Origin: Planctomycetota bacterium
Lineage (GTDB): Bacteria > Planctomycetota > JAFGQW01
DNA length: 64,000 nucleotides
Assembly (NCBI GenBank): GCA_016935485.1
Contig: JAFGQW010000084.1
Coordinates: 1,450-65,449, forward strand
Direction of reading: 5' to 3'
Part shown: piece by piece, positions 37,103-46,036 of the stretch
How the letters are laid out: each line of letters opens with the position of its first letter
Position numbering within the stretch: the first letter of the stretch is position 1
Position numbers and translations under genes: made by a program
The notes under the pieces: model-generated
Told to the model about the DNA's origin: nothing
Seen by the model: only the letters and a program-made list of their open reading frames with translations
The model's database searches: none

Positions 37103-38815
37103 ATGACGGTGTCCCTGACTTCGTGCACGTCGCTCGAACGCGCGGCGCCGTTCCTCCTGCTGCTCGTGCTCCTGGGGGGCTGCGGCGACCGCGACCCGGC
37201 GCCCGCGGCCGGGACTGCGGCGGCGCCCGCGGCCGTGCGGCCGCAGGCCGGCGACCGCCTGAAGCAGCTGCCGGACCGGGCGCAGGCGCCGGTCCCGGAG
37301 GAAGGCCCCTTCCGGTTCCACGATCGCGAGACCCGCCCGACGGCGCGCGACGTGGCCTGGCTGCTGCTCAAGGCGTCCCGCCAGAAGTCGGTCTCCAGGG
37401 AGAAGGTCGGGGTGGAGCTGGTCGGCAGCCTGAAGGGAGTTTCGTTCGGCCACTTGAAGCGCTTCTTCGAGTCGCTCGGGCTGCGGCCGCGCGCGGTCGA
37501 GGAACCGCTCGCGGCGTTCCTGCTGCGTGACACCCCCGGCGTGCTCGCCATGAAGCCCGTGAACCCGGCGCTTCCGGAGTGGGCGTGCAGCTTCCTCCTC
37601 TTCCGCGGCCTCACGCCGGACGGCAAGCTCGAGGTCACCGACCCGCTCACGGGAGCGCACGTGGTGGACGAGGCGGCGCTGGCCGAGCGCTACCTCGGCG
37701 CCGCGTTCTATCTCGAAGAGGACGCGACGGGCCCCCTCCTCGAGGAGGCGGACATCGGCGTGGACGAGATTCACTACAGCTACGACCGCGTCGATGCGGG
37801 CACGCTCGTGCGCAAGACCTTCCGCATCTTCAACCGCGGCGCCGCTCCGCTGAAGATCCTCGGCATCCGCCCGACCTGCGGCTGCCTGGCGACGCCCCTC
37901 CACGAGAAGGGGGCCAAGGTCGCCGATCCCAGGGCCACGTTCAAGCGCAACCCCGACACCGGAGTCTGGGAGATCGACTTCGTGGCCGGGAAGCTCTCCA
38001 CGGTGATCGCGCCGCACGGCGAGGTCTACGTGACCGGCTTCTACGACACGACCAACCGCATCGGACGCCAGCCCACTTCCTTCACCGTCGTGTTCAGCGA
38101 TCCCGACGAGCCCGAGCTCACCTTCGTGGTGGAAGGGTTCGTCACCCAGGTGGCGCAATTCGACCCGCCCGTCCTTCACTGGCCCGAGATCCGGTCGGCC
38201 GAGGGCGCCCGCGCCCACATCTGGCTTCGGAGCACGAAGGGCCGGGACTTCGCGATCGAGCGCATCGAGTTCAAAAACGACCACCTGGCAGTGGCTCTGG
38301 ATCCCGACGCCCCGCGCGAGGCCGCGCCGGTGACGTTCGTGCTGCCGCGCGCCGCGGCGCCGCGGGCGCACCCGGCCGCCGACGGCTGGCAGGCCCTCGA
38401 GGTGCGCGTGAAACCCGGCGCCCCGGTGGGCCCCTTCAACACGGTGATCCAGCTCTCCACCGACCTCACCTCGAGCCCGCTCGCGTTCGGCGCCTGGGGC
38501 ACGGTGAAGGGCAACGTGGTCGTGGAGCCGACGCTCGCGAGCTTCGGCCGCGTGCAGCTCGGCGTGCAGGCAACCGCGCTCGTCCGGATCCACTCGATAG
38601 GCCCGGAGCCCTTCCGGGTCACCGAGGCGGTGGTGAGCCAGCCCCGGCTCATGGACGTGGCGCTCCGCGAAGAGGCGCCGGGCGTCTACGTGGTGGAGCT
38701 TGCCCTAAGGAAGGGCTGGCAGGCGCCCTCGCTGCAGGGTCAGCTCACGGTGCGGACGAACGACTCGCTCGAGCCGGTCGTGCACGTGGAGGTGACGGGA
38801 TTCGTGCAGCGCTGA
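37103..38815 (+). CDS. Lipoprotein with a C-terminal DUF1573 (ASH/Ig-like) domain and an N-terminal domain of unknown function.
   Basis: Lipobox LLGGC. DUF1573 hallmark ([26 protein letters not shown]). Transcribed divergently from the MoxR operon. 570 aa. The start could also be the upstream Met at 37076. Confidence 0.68.
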   Translation: MTVSLTSCTSLERAAPFLLLLVLLGGCGDRDPAPAAGTAAAPAAVRPQAGDRLKQLPDRAQAPVPEEGPFRFHDRETRPTARDVAWLLLKASRQKSVSREKVGVELVGSLKGVSFGHLKRFFESLGLRPRAVEEPLAAFLLRDTPGVLAMKPVNPALPEWACSFLLFRGLTPDGKLEVTDPLTGAHVVDEAALAERYLGAAFYLEEDATGPLLEEADIGVDEIHYSYDRVDAGTLVRKTFRIFNRGAAPLKILGIRPTCGCLATPLHEKGAKVADPRATFKRNPDTGVWEIDFVAGKLSTVIAPHGEVYVTGFYDTTNRIGRQPTSFTVVFSDPDEPELTFVVEGFVTQVAQFDPPVLHWPEIRSAEGARAHIWLRSTKGRDFAIERIEFKNDHLAVALDPDAPREAAPVTFVLPRAAAPRAHPAADGWQALEVRVKPGAPVGPFNTVIQLSTDLTSSPLAFGAWGTVKGNVVVEPTLASFGRVQLGVQATALVRIHSIGPEPFRVTEAVVSQPRLMDVALREEAPGVYVVELALRKGWQAPSLQGQLTVRTNDSLEPVVHVEVTGFVQR

Positions 38816-38824
38816 CCGACCCGG

Positions 38825-39487
38825 TCACGCGCGGCGAAAGCGGGCGAGGAAGCGGCGCATCTCCCGGCACTCGTCGTCGCCGCCGGCGCCCTCGAGCGCT
38901 GCGCGAGCGCGCTCCCGGAGCCACACGTCCGGGTTGGTCCCGCCGTGCCGATAACACCAGCGCCTGAGCGCCCAGGCCTCGCCGGGGTTCGCGAACGGCG
39001 GCTCCTCCTCGGGCATGCGCCAGCCAAGGAACGTGAGCGTGCGCGCCGCCTCGACCGCGAAGATGCGCGTGTGCGTGTCCTGCGACGAGAGCAGCTGGCG
39101 AATCCGCGGCATCAGCGTGCCGTCGTAGGAGGCGCCGGCCACCCAGCCGAACAGCGCCGCCGGGTAGCGGGCGGGCCCGAGGGAGTCGGTTTCCGCCAGC
39201 CGCACGATCCGCTGGACGGTCTCGCCGTCCCGCAGCACGACCAGGCAGCGGGCCGCCATGCGGACCGCCGGCCCCTCGCCGTAGAAGAGAATCTCGCGGT
39301 AGGGCGCCGGAGAGCGCTCGACCGCGAGCAGATCCTCGGCGGCGTCGGGATCGAAGTCGAGCGCCTGCATCTCCGCCACCACCGCCGCCGCCGGAGAACC
39401 CAGCCACGGTCCTCGCGGCGGCGCCGCCGGCTCGGCGACCTCCAGGTTGAGGAGGCCGAGCAGCACCAGAGCCATCAGTTCACCCAT
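38825..39487 (-). CDS. Hypothetical secreted protein.
   Basis: Start at the internal ATG (MGELMALVLLGLLNLEVAEP) with an AGGAAA RBS. Signal-peptide-like N-terminus. No recognisable motifs. 220 aa. Confidence 0.5.
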   Translation of the reverse strand: MGELMALVLLGLLNLEVAEPAAPPRGPWLGSPAAAVVAEMQALDFDPDAAEDLLAVERSPAPYREILFYGEGPAVRMAARCLVVLRDGETVQRIVRLAETDSLGPARYPAALFGWVAGASYDGTLMPRIRQLLSSQDTHTRIFAVEAARTLTFLGWRMPEEEPPFANPGEAWALRRWCYRHGGTNPDVWLRERARAALEGAGGDDECREMRRFLARFRRA

Positions 39488-39577
39488 GCCATTTCCTTTT
39501 TTCCCCCCGGTGAATGGCTCTAAGTTACCAAATGGCAAGGGGATAGGCAAGGGTCCCGAAGCACTTTCCGGGTGGAT

Positions 39578-40912
39578 TCAGCAAGATTTTCCGGAGCGCT
39601 CCCGGCCCGGCGCCGCGGGTGGCTCCGGCGGCGTTGCGGGTGGCTCCGGCGGCGTTGCGGGAGCCTCCGGCGGCGTTGCGGGAGCCTCCGGGGGCGCCGC
39701 GGGAGGTGCAGCCGTGACGGCCCGGGTGGCGCGCTTCAGGAACAGCAGCGCGAAGCAGGTGCCGAGCACGTCCGTTGGCGCGCACGACGACGTGTCGTCC
39801 CACCGGCCGGTCTTGGTCTCCTGCTCGGCGAGCAGATACTCGGCGCCCTCGCGGTACCAGGGGTGCGCGCCGATCGTCTCCCGGCCCGAGAGCGAGCCGA
39901 TCCGCTCCAGCGCGTAGAGGTAGCAGTAGAGGTAGTGGTGCGCCTTGGGATTGCGCTGGACCTCCCAGTTCTCGTCCAGCCACTTCTCCGCGTCGCGGAT
40001 CGCCGCCTCGAGCCGGCCGTCCGGAGAAACCCCGAGGCGGCGGCACTCGAGCCGGCACAGGTGGAGGGAGGCCAGCCCCGCCGCGGTCGTGCCGCCGGAG
40101 ACGTGCATCGCGTCGCGGGTGCGGCCCGGCCCATAGGGAAACCCCCGCGCCAGGCCGCCCTCGCCGGTCGTCAGCTCGGGTTGACTCTCCTGGAGGTCGC
40201 AGAGAAAGCGGCTCGCGTCCTGGAAGACGCGGGGCGGCACCGCGTAGCCGGCGCGCGACGCCGTGACCAGGCCGAGCAACGCGAATACCGTCGCCGAAAC
40301 ATCGCGATCGAAGCTGAGTGCGGCGTTGACGGTGTAGTAGCGCCAGCCCCCGCCGGTCTGGGCGCGCTCGAGGAAGCCCACGAGATGCGCGGCCCATTTC
40401 CAGTCGTCCCGGGCGTAGGCGCAGCCGGGCGGCGCCTTGCCCGGGTCGCGGCCCGCCTGCTCTGGCGGGACCGGGTCGCGCGGCGTCCCCGTCACCGTCT
40501 CGGAGTAGCGGGCGTCGATGGCCATCAGCAGCACCGCGGTCTCGTAGGTCGTGGCGGGTCGCGCGTGCCGGCGCGCCAGGCGCTGGTAGATCTCCCGGAG
40601 CGGCGCCGCGGCGGGTTTCTTGCCCGTGGTGAGCAGCGTGTAGTAGGCGAGCGCGGTGAGACCGGACGGGAAATCGTACGTGTTCAGCGCGCCCTCCGCC
40701 GGCAGCGGCCCGTAGTCGGCCTTGCGGCCGCGCTGGCGCACCAGCCAGCTCGCCCCCCGCGCGATGGCCTCGTCCACCCGCTTCTGGAAGGCGGCGGCCT
40801 CGCGCGCCCTGGCGGCCGCCTCTTGCGGCTCGTCCTGCGCGGCACCGACCGCGCCCGCCGCCGCCAGCACGAGCAGCACCGTGACGGATCGGGTCCGTTT
40901 CGAGAACGTCAT
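39578..40912 (-). CDS. Secreted protein with prenyltransferase/squalene-oxidase-type (alpha/alpha-toroid) repeats and a C-terminal Pro-rich heptad-repeat tail.
   Basis: Start at MTFSKRTRSVTVLLVLAAAGAVGAAQ (signal peptide). Recurrent aromatic-rich QW-like repeat segments (GGWRYY, AHHYLYCYLYAL). Tail is (ATPPEAP)n. 444 aa. Confidence 0.5.
   Translation of the reverse strand: MTFSKRTRSVTVLLVLAAAGAVGAAQDEPQEAAARAREAAAFQKRVDEAIARGASWLVRQRGRKADYGPLPAEGALNTYDFPSGLTALAYYTLLTTGKKPAAAPLREIYQRLARRHARPATTYETAVLLMAIDARYSETVTGTPRDPVPPEQAGRDPGKAPPGCAYARDDWKWAAHLVGFLERAQTGGGWRYYTVNAALSFDRDVSATVFALLGLVTASRAGYAVPPRVFQDASRFLCDLQESQPELTTGEGGLARGFPYGPGRTRDAMHVSGGTTAAGLASLHLCRLECRRLGVSPDGRLEAAIRDAEKWLDENWEVQRNPKAHHYLYCYLYALERIGSLSGRETIGAHPWYREGAEYLLAEQETKTGRWDDTSSCAPTDVLGTCFALLFLKRATRAVTAAPPAAPPEAPATPPEAPATPPEPPATPPEPPAAPGRERSGKSC
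39607..39694. repeat. 21-nt tandem repeat, about 4 copies (gggtggctccggcggcgttgc, gggagcctccggcggcgttgc variants). It encodes the 7-aa Pro-rich repeats of the gene above.
   Basis: Read directly: two identical copies at 39607-39627 and 39628-39648, then two diverged copies. Confidence 0.6.
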
Positions 40913-41088
40913 GTCTCCATGGAAAACGATGCGAGGCCGGCGCGCAAGGACGTTGTTCCCGCGCCGGCGCCGGCTGGCGGGAAAACGCTGTGCGAATGCG
41001 AGAATATGGGGTAGGCTCTCCTCCTCCGGCCGGTCCGCTGTCGCCGGGCTTTGCGCCGGGGAACCTGCCGCCACAGGAAGGTCCGTTC

Positions 41089-43026
41089 ATGCTACACGCT
41101 CGCCGCAAGCGCCTGCTGCTCGCGATCGCCGGGGTGCTCGTCGTCCTGGGCGGCGCACTGCTCGTCTGGATGGACCGCCATCCGGTCGATGTGCCGTGGC
41201 TCGATGACCGCGACCCCGAAGCGCCATCGATCGACGCCTTCTCGAACGAGGCGGCCCCGGTCCTGCTCATCAGCTCGCTCGAGGACCTGGCCCGCGCCGC
41301 GCGCGCGCGCGACTTCGACCGCATGGACTGGAGCCTCGCCTGGCGGAACCTCCTCGAACAGGAGGTCGGGTGGTTCGCCCACCGGGAGTACGTCGAGCTC
41401 GGCGCCGAGCCGTGGACCGGACGCGCCCTGGTGATCGTCGCCCACAGCGCCATCGCCCGCTGCACGCCGGCGGAGATCGCGGAGCTCGCGGCGTTCGTCG
41501 CGGCCGGCGGCGTGTTGCTGCTGGACCGCCCCGGCCCCGCGTGGGAAGCGCTCTCCGGGCTCAGGCTCGGGCCGGAGCGCCGGCGCGAGGGCCGGATCAG
41601 CGCCGCTGCGCCGGACGTGCTGGCGCCCGAGGTCCGCGCGGAGCTCCAGCGCGCCGGGATCCCGCTGCCCGTGCGCCTCCACGCCCTGGATTCCCCGCTG
41701 GACGCGGGCCTCGAGACGCTGCTCGCATTCGACGGCGAGCCCGCCCTGGTGGCCCGCCCGGCGGGCCGCGGGGCCGTCGTCAGCGTGCTGTTCGATCTGG
41801 GCTGGCTGCTCGTGACCGTCCAGCAGGGCCGGCCCGAGCCCGACTACCGCGTCGCGAAGCGCTGGGGGTTCTACCGCCACCTGCTGGAATCGCACGACCT
41901 GGTCTGGCACGAGTCGTACCTGCGCAACGCCGTCCCCGCCGCCGACGTCCTCGAGCGCGCCGTCCTCGCCGCGGCGTGCCGCTTCGTATCGCTCCCGGTG
42001 TGGTGGGCCTTCCCCCGCGAGGCCATGGGCCTGCTCCTGATGACGCACGACGAGGACGAGTACGGCGCGGACCGGTGCCGGCTGCTGCTCGATCACGAGG
42101 TCTCAATCGGCGCGCGCTCCACGTTCTTCCTGCTGTCCGGCCGCCGCATGGAGGACGGCTGGCCGGCGGACGCGGTCCGTCACTTCGCCGCTCAGGGCGC
42201 CGATCTCGCGCTCCACTGGAACCGGCTGCCGGCCATCACCGGCCTCTGGAAACTCGAGCCGATCGCGCGTGTGTTCGCGCTCGCCGACCAGGTGGACTTC
42301 TTCCGGGAGACGCAGCGGCGGGGCGGGCTGCCCGCCGGCCCGCTGCTCAACCGCAACCACTACCTGATGTGGGCCTCGCCCGCGGAGTTCCGCGCCGGCG
42401 ACACCCACTACACGCGCACCTTCCGGATCCTCCACCGCCACGGCATCGTGATGGACTCCACCTACGGCCCCAACCGGGAGGGACGCGGCTACCTGTTCGG
42501 GACGGGGCGGCCCTTCCATCCGCTCGACGTCGACGGCAAGCACATCCCGCTGCGAGAGATGCCGTTCTTGAGCCAGGAGGACTGGGGCGGCGAGGACGAG
42601 GCCTGGTTCGGCCGGCTGTTCGCCGAGAGCGAGGCGTGGTACCACAGCGCGATCTGCTGCATCTTCCACCCGCACCTGATCGTCCGGGAGGAGGCCGGAG
42701 AGCGCCTCTGGAAATCGGTCTACGCGAGCGCCGCCCGCCACCGCCATGCGGCCGTGAGCTTCCGCGAGTATCACGACTTCCTGGAGGCGCGGCGCGCCAG
42801 CCCGCTCCGCTTCGCGCGGGCCGACGACGGCGCGCTGCGGATCGAGTGCGAGGCCGAGGGGCCCGACCTGGCCGTGCTGCTGCGCGGCACCGTGCACGCG
42901 GTCGAGCTCGACGGCCAGCCCGTCGACCGACCGGGAACCTTGTCGCTCGACGGCCAGCGCTGCACGCTCGTGGCGGTGCCCGCCGGACGGCACGTCCTCG
43001 TGATCCGGGATGGAAACAGTCGTTGA
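41089..43026 (+). CDS. Hypothetical N-terminally membrane-anchored, two-domain periplasmic protein. The first domain may be class-I glutamine-amidotransferase-like, and the second has acidic His/Asp-rich motifs, possibly hydrolase- or deacetylase-like.
   Basis: Internal Met of ORF 40990..43026 with an AGGAAGG RBS. Single TM segment (LLLAIAGVLVVLGGALLVWM). 645 aa. The domain assignments are weak. Confidence 0.45.
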   Translation: MLHARRKRLLLAIAGVLVVLGGALLVWMDRHPVDVPWLDDRDPEAPSIDAFSNEAAPVLLISSLEDLARAARARDFDRMDWSLAWRNLLEQEVGWFAHREYVELGAEPWTGRALVIVAHSAIARCTPAEIAELAAFVAAGGVLLLDRPGPAWEALSGLRLGPERRREGRISAAAPDVLAPEVRAELQRAGIPLPVRLHALDSPLDAGLETLLAFDGEPALVARPAGRGAVVSVLFDLGWLLVTVQQGRPEPDYRVAKRWGFYRHLLESHDLVWHESYLRNAVPAADVLERAVLAAACRFVSLPVWWAFPREAMGLLLMTHDEDEYGADRCRLLLDHEVSIGARSTFFLLSGRRMEDGWPADAVRHFAAQGADLALHWNRLPAITGLWKLEPIARVFALADQVDFFRETQRRGGLPAGPLLNRNHYLMWASPAEFRAGDTHYTRTFRILHRHGIVMDSTYGPNREGRGYLFGTGRPFHPLDVDGKHIPLREMPFLSQEDWGGEDEAWFGRLFAESEAWYHSAICCIFHPHLIVREEAGERLWKSVYASAARHRHAAVSFREYHDFLEARRASPLRFARADDGALRIECEAEGPDLAVLLRGTVHAVELDGQPVDRPGTLSLDGQRCTLVAVPAGRHVLVIRDGNSR

Positions 43027-43153
43027 CTCGCTTGCCCACACGGCGCCTTCCTCCCCGCTCTGTCCGGGTCCCGCACCGGGATTCGTGCGCGGCCTAAAGG
43101 CCAGCCGTAGGCGCGACGATAGGAACAGCGAAGCGAGGAGCCCTGCTGCGACC

Positions 43154-45490
43154 ATGGAGCCGCATGTACCCGCGCCACCCCCAGCGCCCGATCCCGGGGA
43201 CCGGCTGCCGGCGGTAACCGCCTTCCTCTCCAGCTTGCTCAAGCTGGTGCGTATCCTCCGGCTCTACCCCGCCGGCCATCCGCTGATCGCGACGGCGACG
43301 GCAGAGCTGCGCGGTGCGCGGGCGGCCCTGGACGAGACAACGCACATCGCCGTGGACCACCGGACCGGCTCCCTGGTTCTCGACGGCACGCGGGTCGTGC
43401 CGCTGCCCCGGAGCCTCGGCCTCCTCGACAAGCTCCTCATCGAGCAGAAGGCGGACGTCCTGGCGATCAGCGGCGCCGCCGGCGAGACCGAGATCGTGTC
43501 CCTGGCCGCGCGGCTCGCCCGGCCCGAGGATCCGGCGGCGGCGGACCGCGACCGCGACGACCGTCACCCGGGAGTGCAGCTCGTAGCGGCCGGTGTCATG
43601 CCCGTCCTCGACCCGGCACTCGCCGCGGCCGTGGCGGCCCCGTTCTCGCTTGCGCGACTGCTCGCGGCGGCCTTTCCCTTCCGCACGCCCACCGCAAGCG
43701 TTCCGATCCCGTTCCAGGCCTGGGCGTGCCCTTCCCTGGACGGCTCCTCCTCGGCCCTCGAGCAGGTCCACGACGTGGCGCAGACCCTGCACCGCGATCC
43801 CGCCGGCCTCGCCCGCCGGGTGATCGCCGCCGCCGGAGAGCGGCTCGCAGGCGCCGAGAACGACGCCCCCGAGGACCTGCTGCGCGCGCTCGCGCACGGC
43901 CTCGAGCGGCTGGTCCTGGCGCGCCTGGACGAGGATGGCGGCGGCCTCGCCGAGGCGCGCGACACCGTGAACCGGGTCGTCGCCCCGCTCGCGCCCGGCT
44001 TTCTCCGGCGCCTGCTCCCCACCGGATCGGACGGCGCCTCCCGGGCGGACAGACTCCTCCAGCACTTCTCGCCGCCGACCCGCATCCGCCTCCTCAAGGC
44101 GGCGGTCCGCGACGGCGGGCTGGACCGCACGGAGTTCTCTCGCCTCCTGGAGGCGCTCACCGCCGACGCCGCGGACGAGGAGAACCTGTTGACGCTCCTC
44201 TCCCAGGAACTCGACCGTGACACCGCGCCCGCCGCCGAGCGCGAGCCGTGGCTTGCCGTCATTGGCTCGAGCTGCCCGCGGCGCCGGCGCCGCGCCGTGG
44301 TGCTTCTCCTCGCCGGCGACGCCGAGACCGCCGCGCGGGTCCAGGCCGCGCTCGAGGAGCACGGCCTCACGGTCCACGTGCTGAGCAACGGCGCGCGGCT
44401 GGTGGGCGAGGTGGAACGGCTCGCGCCGGACGTCGTGATCCTGGACCCGCAGCAGCGGGGCACTCCGGGGCTGCCGCTCATCGCCGCCCTGCGCCGGGCG
44501 GGCAGCCGCCGGCGCGCGGTTCCCCTCGTCGTGTTCACCCACGAGGAGTCGTTTCGCCACGACTTCGAGGTCATGAGCTACCCCGGGTGCCGGTTCCTCC
44601 TCGCCGACGAGGGGCTGGATCGACTGCGGGCATGCCTCGACGAGATGCTGGCCGCGGAGCCACCGCCCGTCTCCACCGCCGGGCGCCCCGTGCCGAGCAA
44701 CTACCGGCCGGCTTCCGAGATCGCCCGCGGCCACCTCTACGTGCCCCGGTTCGAAATCCTCACCTTCTTCGAGCCCGGCACCGGCGAGACGACGACCTTC
44801 CTCGACATCGTTCCGCTCACCGCGAGCCGCACGGTGATGCTGCTTGCCGACGGTTTCCGGCCGGACGACGGCCGGGACGACACGGCCGTTGCCGTCCGCG
44901 CGGCAATGCGCGAGCTGATGGACTCGGGAGCCGAGCCCCGGGCGCTCATCGACGCCCTGAACACGCTCTTCCACGAGCACTTCGCCGGCCGGCCGCTCAT
45001 CACGGCGCACGCGGTCCTGGTCGATTCCGAACGGCCGGCGATCACCAGCTGCCTTGCCGGCGGCGTGCGACCGATCCGGATTGACGCGCTCGGGGACAGC
45101 GAGGAGATCGCTCTTCCCACCGGAATCGTGCTCGGTTTCTCACCCGCCGGCGTCTTCAAGCACACGCTGCAGGAGCGCGTGCTGCCGGTCGGCGCGGGCG
45201 ACAGCGTGCTGATCTTCTCGCACGGCCTGGCCCGGACGCTCGGCGAGGGCGAGGAGCAGCGGGCCTTTCGCCGCATTCGCCGCGAGATGGCGCTGGCGTA
45301 CCACGAGACGCGCGCCCCGGCCTCGCCGTTGCTGCTTGCACGTGACCGGATCGCCGCGGCGGTCCAGGGGGCTGGGGAGGCAGCCACCGATCGCGCCGCC
45401 ATCTGGATCCGCAACCTCGAGCGCCGGGCGCCCTCCCGCCCGACGACCCGGCGGCGTCCCGCGCCGGCACGCCGGACAGCGGCGCCATGA
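43154..45490 (+). CDS. Response-regulator receiver domain fused to a PP2C/SpoIIE-type phosphatase (RsbU-like), with a ~350-aa N-terminal region of unknown function.
   Basis: REC segment (AVVLLLAGDAETAARVQAALEEHGLTVHVL...DVVILDPQQRG...PLVVFT). PP2C motifs (TFLDIVPL...MLLADGFRPDDGRDDTAVAVRAAM...GDSVLIFSHGL). The start is uncertain (ATG 43154 versus ATG 43010). Confidence 0.75.
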   Translation: MEPHVPAPPPAPDPGDRLPAVTAFLSSLLKLVRILRLYPAGHPLIATATAELRGARAALDETTHIAVDHRTGSLVLDGTRVVPLPRSLGLLDKLLIEQKADVLAISGAAGETEIVSLAARLARPEDPAAADRDRDDRHPGVQLVAAGVMPVLDPALAAAVAAPFSLARLLAAAFPFRTPTASVPIPFQAWACPSLDGSSSALEQVHDVAQTLHRDPAGLARRVIAAAGERLAGAENDAPEDLLRALAHGLERLVLARLDEDGGGLAEARDTVNRVVAPLAPGFLRRLLPTGSDGASRADRLLQHFSPPTRIRLLKAAVRDGGLDRTEFSRLLEALTADAADEENLLTLLSQELDRDTAPAAEREPWLAVIGSSCPRRRRRAVVLLLAGDAETAARVQAALEEHGLTVHVLSNGARLVGEVERLAPDVVILDPQQRGTPGLPLIAALRRAGSRRRAVPLVVFTHEESFRHDFEVMSYPGCRFLLADEGLDRLRACLDEMLAAEPPPVSTAGRPVPSNYRPASEIARGHLYVPRFEILTFFEPGTGETTTFLDIVPLTASRTVMLLADGFRPDDGRDDTAVAVRAAMRELMDSGAEPRALIDALNTLFHEHFAGRPLITAHAVLVDSERPAITSCLAGGVRPIRIDALGDSEEIALPTGIVLGFSPAGVFKHTLQERVLPVGAGDSVLIFSHGLARTLGEGEEQRAFRRIRREMALAYHETRAPASPLLLARDRIAAAVQGAGEAATDRAAIWIRNLERRAPSRPTTRRRPAPARRTAAP

Positions 45491-45909
45491 GTCTGCGCGC
45501 GGCCGAGCGCCGGCTCCGCGCGCTCTACCGGCGCGTCGATCGGCAGGTCGCCGCCGCCGGACCCGTCTGCACCCGGTCCGGGCGCTGCTGCGATTTTGCC
45601 CGCTCCGGCCTGACGCTCTTCGCCACCGCGCTCGAGACGGACCTGGTCCTCGCCGCGCACGCGCCCCCGGCCCCGGAGCGCGCCGGGGCGTGCCCGTTCC
45701 AGCGGCACGGCCTCTGCACGATGCGCGCGCTCCGGCCGCTGGGGTGTCGGGTCTACTTCTGCGATCCCCGCTACCTCGCGACGGCCATGAGCGGCATCGC
45801 CGAGTCCGCCCAGCGCGCACTCAGGCAGATTCACGAGGAGCACGGCGTCCCCTACCGCTACGCCCCGTTCCTGGAGCTCCTCGCGCGACCGCGGCCGGCA
45901 CCAGCGTGA
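45487..45909 (+). CDS. YkgJ/UPF0153-family protein (putative Zn/Fe-S-binding CxxCxxCC domain).
   Basis: Its ATG overlaps the upstream stop (ATGA). Motifs CTRSGRCC, CPFQRHGLC and GCRVYFCDPRY. 140 aa. Confidence 0.72.
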   Translation: MSLRAAERRLRALYRRVDRQVAAAGPVCTRSGRCCDFARSGLTLFATALETDLVLAAHAPPAPERAGACPFQRHGLCTMRALRPLGCRVYFCDPRYLATAMSGIAESAQRALRQIHEEHGVPYRYAPFLELLARPRPAPA

Positions 45910-46036
45910 GGACGCGCACGGCACGGCGCCTGCGCCCGGCAATCCGCCGCCCGCCGGCGCGCTCCGGGGCGCCTCGGACGTCGGAGCGCGCGCCCGAACG
46001 GTTCGTCCCTCCCCACCGCCGGGTATAATCCGCGGC

